A DNA stretch of 64,000 nt from an uncultured Acidobacteriaceae bacterium (GTDB lineage Bacteria; Acidobacteriota; Terriglobia; Terriglobales; Acidobacteriaceae): positions 9,096 through 73,095 of the forward strand of contig CAWCVS010000011.1 in assembly GCA_963799035.1 (NCBI GenBank). The letters are read 5' to 3'. The notes under the pieces are model-generated. The model made no database searches. It had not been told where the DNA came from and saw nothing but the letters and a program-made list of their open reading frames with translations. This document shows, in pieces, positions 58,843 through 64,000 of this stretch. The position numbers and the translations under genes are program-made. Positions within the stretch are counted from its first letter, which is position 1. Each line of letters begins with the position of its first letter.

Positions 58843-60507
58843 ATGTCCAGTCAATCTTTGTCCCGTGAATCTTACTCGCCCGCTGGCGCACATAACCAGA
58901 CTGATGTCTATGCAGTTCACGGAGCCGATCCCGAAGTCCTGGCCTACGCCATGGCCAAGTATTCGCGCTCCTCGCTCTCCATGCGCGAATCCCTCACCGA
59001 AATCAGCGCCCAGCGTGCCGAGCAATTTCTCAATACATTCTATTTCCAATACGGCCACCGTTCCATCGCCGACCTGGCCCACATTGCCTTCGCCGTCGAG
59101 CGCCTGAGCCTGCTGGCCGCCATCGTTCTGGTGGACGAACAGCGCTGGGACGGCCAGGAACGCTCCACTCGCTATCAGAACTTCCAGAAATCCGGCTGGT
59201 ACTTTCCCGACTTCGGTACCGATGCCGGCTCCGCCAAACTCTACGCCGACACCGTCGAAAATCTCTTCGCGACCTACCAGCGCACCACCGCCGCCGTCCA
59301 CGAAGCCCTGCGCCAGCGCGTCAAGTGCCCCGAGGCCATGAAGCCCGAAGCCTACGACCGCACCCTCAAGGCCCGCGCCTTCGACGTTGCCCGCTACCTG
59401 CTTCCCCTCGCCACCAATACCTCCCTCGGCCAGATCGTCAATGCGCGCACGCTCGAAACCCAGGTGTCCCGCCTGCTCTCGCATCCCATCGCCGAAGTGC
59501 GCGACCTGGGGGCAAAACTCCGCGAAGCCGCCACCGGCCCCGCCTGGAACGTCAACGCCCGCGCCGCAGCCTCCTTCGTCGACGAACTCAGAGCGGCAGA
59601 AGTCTTGTATCAGGGCACGACTTCAGTCGTGCCGCAAGTTGCCAAAAATGAGGAGGGGGCTTTAGCCCCTGAGGGAACCCTCGCCGCCGAAGCCGCCAAC
59701 CTCCTCACCCGCGAAGTCCGCACCGCGCCCACCCTCGTCAAATACGCCGAACCAAATCAGTACCTCATCCAGACACGCACCGAGCTCGAAAAAGCATCCG
59801 CGGAAATCCTTCAAGGCACCCCGCCCGCACCATCCCCCGTGGTCGATCTCGTCGAACGCACCGAATCCCTCGAAGTCGAGCTCGCCGCCACCCTGATCTA
59901 CTGGGCCAGCCATCATCCTTACCGTCAGGTGCGCGACATAGTCGCAGGCTTCCCCGGTTCGCGTGTTTCAGAAATCATCGAGCTGGGGCTGAGACACCGC
60001 GGCAAGCACGACGAAGCCCTTCGCGTCTTCCACGCCGGGGCCGCCCTCCGCTTCGATATCCTCATGGACATCGGCGGCTTCCGCGACATGCACCGCCACC
60101 GCCGCGTCACCCAGATCCAGCAGGGATTCACCGCCATCCACGGCTACGAAACGCCCCACTCCGGTGACGCCGCCGGACTCGAAGAAGCCGGCGTTCTTGG
60201 CGAATATCAATCCGCGATCGAATCCGCCCATGCCGCCAGCGCCAAAATCGCCGCCGGCTCCGCACCCGAAGCCGCAGCGTCAGCACTCTACCTGCTGCCG
60301 CTTGCCACCCGCGTACGCTGTCTGTTCAAAATGGATTTCGCCGAAGCCCAATACATCAGCGAACTACGCTCCGCTCCCGCCGGCCACTTCAGCTATCGCC
60401 GCGTCGCCTGGGAAATGTATCTGGCCCTCGAGCGCCAGCATCCCTCGCTCGCGAAATACATCCGCGCCACCGACTTCACCCAGCCCATCGACCTTCTCCA
60501 GCGCTAG
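58843..60507 (+). CDS. thyX: FAD-dependent thymidylate synthase-like protein with tandem Thy1 domains (in-frame palindromic insert)
   Basis: AKYSRS, YGHRSIA, QERSTRY, ARYLLPLAT; second domain FRDMHRHR, YLLPLA, ELRS...GHFSYR. Confidence 0.85.
   Translation: MSSQSLSRESYSPAGAHNQTDVYAVHGADPEVLAYAMAKYSRSSLSMRESLTEISAQRAEQFLNTFYFQYGHRSIADLAHIAFAVERLSLLAAIVLVDEQRWDGQERSTRYQNFQKSGWYFPDFGTDAGSAKLYADTVENLFATYQRTTAAVHEALRQRVKCPEAMKPEAYDRTLKARAFDVARYLLPLATNTSLGQIVNARTLETQVSRLLSHPIAEVRDLGAKLREAATGPAWNVNARAAASFVDELRAAEVLYQGTTSVVPQVAKNEEGALAPEGTLAAEAANLLTREVRTAPTLVKYAEPNQYLIQTRTELEKASAEILQGTPPAPSPVVDLVERTESLEVELAATLIYWASHHPYRQVRDIVAGFPGSRVSEIIELGLRHRGKHDEALRVFHAGAALRFDILMDIGGFRDMHRHRRVTQIQQGFTAIHGYETPHSGDAAGLEEAGVLGEYQSAIESAHAASAKIAAGSAPEAAASALYLLPLATRVRCLFKMDFAEAQYISELRSAPAGHFSYRRVAWEMYLALERQHPSLAKYIRATDFTQPIDLLQR
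59605..59676. repeat. Family-D double-hairpin repeat inside thyX
   Basis: ttgtatcagggcacgacttcagtcgtgccg...gggctttagcccctgaggga; matches intergenic copies at 10969 and 34751. Confidence 0.92.
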
Positions 60508-60604
60508 CGCGACAAGTTCCGATGCTGATCGGGCAGCGCACGAATGCGAATGTGCGCGAAACGCGAACCCTCACCTTCGATCCCTAACCACGATACTCTA
60601 TTTA

Positions 60605-60991
60605 TCAATTCAGAAATACGCGCTGATTCACGCGATCGAGCGAGAACGTCGGTATCTCAATATCAAAATGCTCACCGCTCTCACTCTCCATCTGGTAAGC
60701 CCCGCCCATCATCCCCGACGGCGTGTCGAGAGGCGCGCCACTTGTATATTCGAAGCTCTCTCCCGGCTTGAGGACCGGCTGCTCCCCGACAACACCTGGT
60801 CCTTTGACCTCGGTCAATTCCCCACGCGCATTCGAGATCATCCAGTGCCGGCTCAACAGGCGCACCGTTTCCCTTCCCTGATTCTCGATGACCACCCGAT
60901 AGGCCCAGAAATACTGCGAACTGTCCGGCGATGATCTCGCCTCAAGGTAAGTTGGCTCAACGCTCACTGCTATTCCTCGAGTGTTTGCCAT
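60605..60991 (-). CDS. apaG: ApaG protein
   Basis: YFWAYRVVIEN, LLSRHW, GPGVVGEQP, FEYTSG.PL.TP.G.M.G.Y. Confidence 0.92.
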   Translation of the reverse strand: MANTRGIAVSVEPTYLEARSSPDSSQYFWAYRVVIENQGRETVRLLSRHWMISNARGELTEVKGPGVVGEQPVLKPGESFEYTSGAPLDTPSGMMGGAYQMESESGEHFDIEIPTFSLDRVNQRVFLN

Positions 60992-61078
60992 ATAGGGCGT
61001 CCGACTTGTCATTGAGAAAGTTTAGATCAAACTCCTGGGCTGAGCCAGTCCACCGGGCTCACCCTGCCAAGATCTCGC

Positions 61079-63256
61079 CTATTGCGCCTCCGTTTTCACC
61101 CCCAGTTGCTTCGAAAGAAAACGAACCGTCGCCTCATCCGCGTGCAACCAGTTAGTCCATCGCAGAAAGCCATGGATCTCATTGGGAATTACGAGTTCCT
61201 CGAAAGGCGTCTTCTGCTGCCGCAGACGATGCGCCAGCTCTACGGTCTGATCGAACGGCACATTCCGGTCGTCATCCCCCTGAATCAGCAGTACCGGTGA
61301 TTTCCACTTCGCGATATCCGCATCCGGCGAAGCAGCAAACGCCGTTGCGGCCGCCTCTTTCCACGAAGCATCCGCTTCGTACCAGTGTTCAGGGAATGCA
61401 CCATCCTTGCTCAGCGCCGGCACCCAATTCGAAAGCCCATGAAAATCCACGCCTGCCTTGAACACATCGGAATTGCGAGCCAGCGCCAGTCCCGTCAAAT
61501 ATCCGCCATAGGATCCGCCCCAAATGCCGATGCGGCTCCCGTCCACGCCCGCGACCTTCTGCAGAAACTGCGCCCCTGCCAGCACATCCTTGTACTCCGC
61601 CGCACCCGCTGGCCCCGCATGCGCAGGATGCTGGAACGCTCGCCCGTATCCGATCCCCAGCCGGTAATTCACCGAAAGCACGGTGAAGCCATGCGTAGCC
61701 ATGTATTCGTTCACCGCATATGCGTTGCTGTAGTAGTCCATGTAGTGCCAGCCCAGCAGCATCTGCCGCGGTGGTCCACCATGCACAAAGATCACGCCCG
61801 GTTGCCGCGCGCTCGCGCCTGCCTCGCGAAACAGCTGTCCCTGGATCGTGAGACCGTCCGGAGACTTGAAGCTGACCAGCTTCGGAACCACAAGCGCCTC
61901 CGCCGGGTAGTCCTTCGTACCGCCCGTATCGAGTACATGGCCATCTCCCGCTCGCGCCAGAACAGCAACCGACGCGGGCCGACGTGCGTCTGCAGTGATG
62001 TAAGCGGCCTTCCCATCCGCGAGCGCAACCGGCGCCCACTCAAGACTCTCGCCACTGGTCAGCGCCTCCGGAGCCGCACCATCCATGCGCACACGAAACA
62101 GATGCCGCCGATCGTCATCGCCTGCAGTGCTCCCTGCATTCGCGCTGTAGACAATCGCGGTACGGTCGGGGCTCATCGCCACGTTCTCCACCATGAAGCG
62201 ACCGGGCGTCAGCAGCTTCGCATCGCCGCCCTTTACGCCCACTGCGTAGAGGTGCGGCCAATTGTCCGTCTCCGCCAGAAACACCAATTTGTCATCCGCC
62301 ATCCAGAACAGCGGTTCATCTTCGCCAAGGTCCGGCAGTGAACCAGCCAGAGTGTCCGGCGAACTCCAAACCTGCCGCCCTTCGCCCGTCGCGACATCGG
62401 CTATCCAAAAGGCGAACGGATGCGGCGTCTGCACAAGAAAGTTTTCCGGTGCGTCTCCGCGACTGGGCTGTCGCAGGAAAGCGATCGAACGATCATCAGG
62501 CGACCAGATCGGCTGCTTATCAAAGTTGGTCGACGGAGCCAGGTACACCAGCGGCTGCGCAGGCGACGTAAAGATGCCAATAAGGCTGTGATCGTCCCTC
62601 CCCGACACAAACGCCAGCCGCGTCCCATCCTTTGACCACACCGGCGCGCCATCTTTTCCGCGATCGAAGAAAAGCCGCTTCCCCTCCGCCGCCTTTCCCT
62701 TTTCCCGCGCCAGCGGCACACTCCAGATTTGTCCATCCTTCACATACGCCACTTGTCCCGTAGAAGAAAGAGCGGGGCTGTCGCCCTCGGCGATTTGCAC
62801 CGGTGCGCTCTGAGAGCCCTCTGTCGCGATCGACCAGATCGTAATCTTGGGCTCAGTCGCATTCCCCTCCGGATCGGGTGCCAGGTTACCCGCGGCGGGC
62901 CAGTTCTCGTCATGATCTCCGCCGCGCACATACACCAGTTGCGATCCATCCGCCGAAAAGTTGAGCTGCGTCAGTTCCTGCCCATCGTCCTTTGTGTAGT
63001 GCGTGAGCTGGCGTGGCGCACTATCCGTCGCAAGAGCGAACCAGATGTTGCGCAAACCGCGCACGTTTTCGACCCAGGCAATCCGGTCTCCCTTTTCTGA
63101 CGCGGCAAGCCCGCTCACAAAGGAGTAGCCAAGCACCTGCTCCATGCTCGGTGCCGGAGCAGCAAATGCCGGTTGATAGCAAGCGCCACATGCGACCATC
63201 GCGGCGACAATGACAACCTGAAACGCAAAGCAACGGGAAACTGGAAGGCATCTCAT
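61079..63256 (-). CDS. S9 prolyl oligopeptidase family, secreted
   Basis: Beta-propeller repeats; VHGGP, GIWGGSYGG, QGDDDRNV, EIHGF. Confidence 0.93.
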   Translation of the reverse strand: MRCLPVSRCFAFQVVIVAAMVACGACYQPAFAAPAPSMEQVLGYSFVSGLAASEKGDRIAWVENVRGLRNIWFALATDSAPRQLTHYTKDDGQELTQLNFSADGSQLVYVRGGDHDENWPAAGNLAPDPEGNATEPKITIWSIATEGSQSAPVQIAEGDSPALSSTGQVAYVKDGQIWSVPLAREKGKAAEGKRLFFDRGKDGAPVWSKDGTRLAFVSGRDDHSLIGIFTSPAQPLVYLAPSTNFDKQPIWSPDDRSIAFLRQPSRGDAPENFLVQTPHPFAFWIADVATGEGRQVWSSPDTLAGSLPDLGEDEPLFWMADDKLVFLAETDNWPHLYAVGVKGGDAKLLTPGRFMVENVAMSPDRTAIVYSANAGSTAGDDDRRHLFRVRMDGAAPEALTSGESLEWAPVALADGKAAYITADARRPASVAVLARAGDGHVLDTGGTKDYPAEALVVPKLVSFKSPDGLTIQGQLFREAGASARQPGVIFVHGGPPRQMLLGWHYMDYYSNAYAVNEYMATHGFTVLSVNYRLGIGYGRAFQHPAHAGPAGAAEYKDVLAGAQFLQKVAGVDGSRIGIWGGSYGGYLTGLALARNSDVFKAGVDFHGLSNWVPALSKDGAFPEHWYEADASWKEAAATAFAASPDADIAKWKSPVLLIQGDDDRNVPFDQTVELAHRLRQQKTPFEELVIPNEIHGFLRWTNWLHADEATVRFLSKQLGVKTEAQ

Positions 63257-63303
63257 ACCAGTAACCTATAGCGAGATCCACGATTCGCCGCATCCGCCGT
63301 CCT

Positions 63304-64000
63304 TCACTCCGCGCGAAGGATTTCGGTGGGGTCTGTGCGCAGCGCGCGAAGCACGGCAGGGAATGTGGCAACGAGCGCCGTGAGCAGCAATGGCACACGC
63401 CGGCAGCGCGATCATATCCGCGTCAGTTGCTTTCACCTGGTAGAAAAGCGACTCGACAGAACGTGCCGCGCCGAATCCGAGCGCGATGCCCGCGCACGCC
63501 TCCGAGCGCAATCATCAGGAAGACATCGAGAGTCACAATGCGCACGATGCCCGCGCGCGTCGAGCCAATCGCCATGCGGATACCGATCTCGCGGCGACGC
63601 TGGAGCACGGAGTAGTTGAGTACAGCGTAAAGTCCGATGCCGGCCAGAAGCAGTGCGACGGCGGCAAAGAAGGCGGCGAGCATAGCGATCAGGCGCTCAC
63701 GAATGGTCTGGTCGCGGAACAAATCGAGCTCCGTCGTGACGTTCGAGACGCGAAGTCCATTGTTGCGCTGCGCGATGAGCTGGCGGAGGGAGTTGGCGAG
63801 GGCGAGCGGGTTCTGGGCGTCGGTGTGAACGACAAAGGTCGCGAAGCCTTCGACCGTGGGGGCGGATTTGCCGTCGATTCCTGCGAAGGGGACGTAGAAG
63901 ACAGCGCGATTGGGCTCGCGCACGTCGTGGTCAGGGACGTCGGGGGTGACGCCGACGATCTTGTTGAGGGGTCGATTCGCGCCGCGCGAAAAGGTGCGGC
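63304..64000 (-). CDS. ADOP/MacB-type ABC permease, C-terminal part (partial, frameshifted)
   Basis: ERLIAML, LLLAGIGLYAVL, QRRREIGIRMAIG; C-terminus DPTEILRAE*. Confidence 0.85.

Noticed and set aside
1-64000. Autonomous transposase/RAYT, prophage, defence system or reverse transcriptase
   Set aside because: No ORF with HUH, DDE, tyrosine-recombinase, RT or phage structural motifs was recognised; any mobiliser of the repeats must be encoded elsewhere.

Overview
GC-rich bacterial chromosomal segment, most likely Acidobacteriota (Acidobacteriaceae-like). This assignment is an inference from the style of the housekeeping proteins, the ADOP-type permease and the repeat families. Core genes: moaA, era, a CBS/hemolysin gene, ybeY, phoH, rpsT, thiolase/FadN, prfA-prmC, egtB-egtD, fabG, a two-domain thyX and apaG. 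An accessory-looking block (~16.9-27.4 kb) carries many small genes (RcnB-like, TPR, methyltransferase, two secreted DinB proteins, SRPBCC/ArsR, BLUF) and is punctuated by three copies of a ~130-170 bp repeat. A putative LytS/LytTR-controlled envelope export operon lies at 50.3-56.8 kb. Many genes carry single-base frameshifts, probably long-read errors. The most striking signal is several families of short palindromic REP-like repeats. They occur between genes, sometimes as mosaics, and also IN FRAME inside ybeY, prmC, egtB and thyX (possibly also the LolA-like gene), apparently in variable loops or linkers. This parallels the protein-coding Rickettsia palindromic elements (RPEs). No transposase/RAYT, integrase, tRNA, rRNA or CRISPR array was recognised. 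All calls come from reading the sequence; no searches were run.
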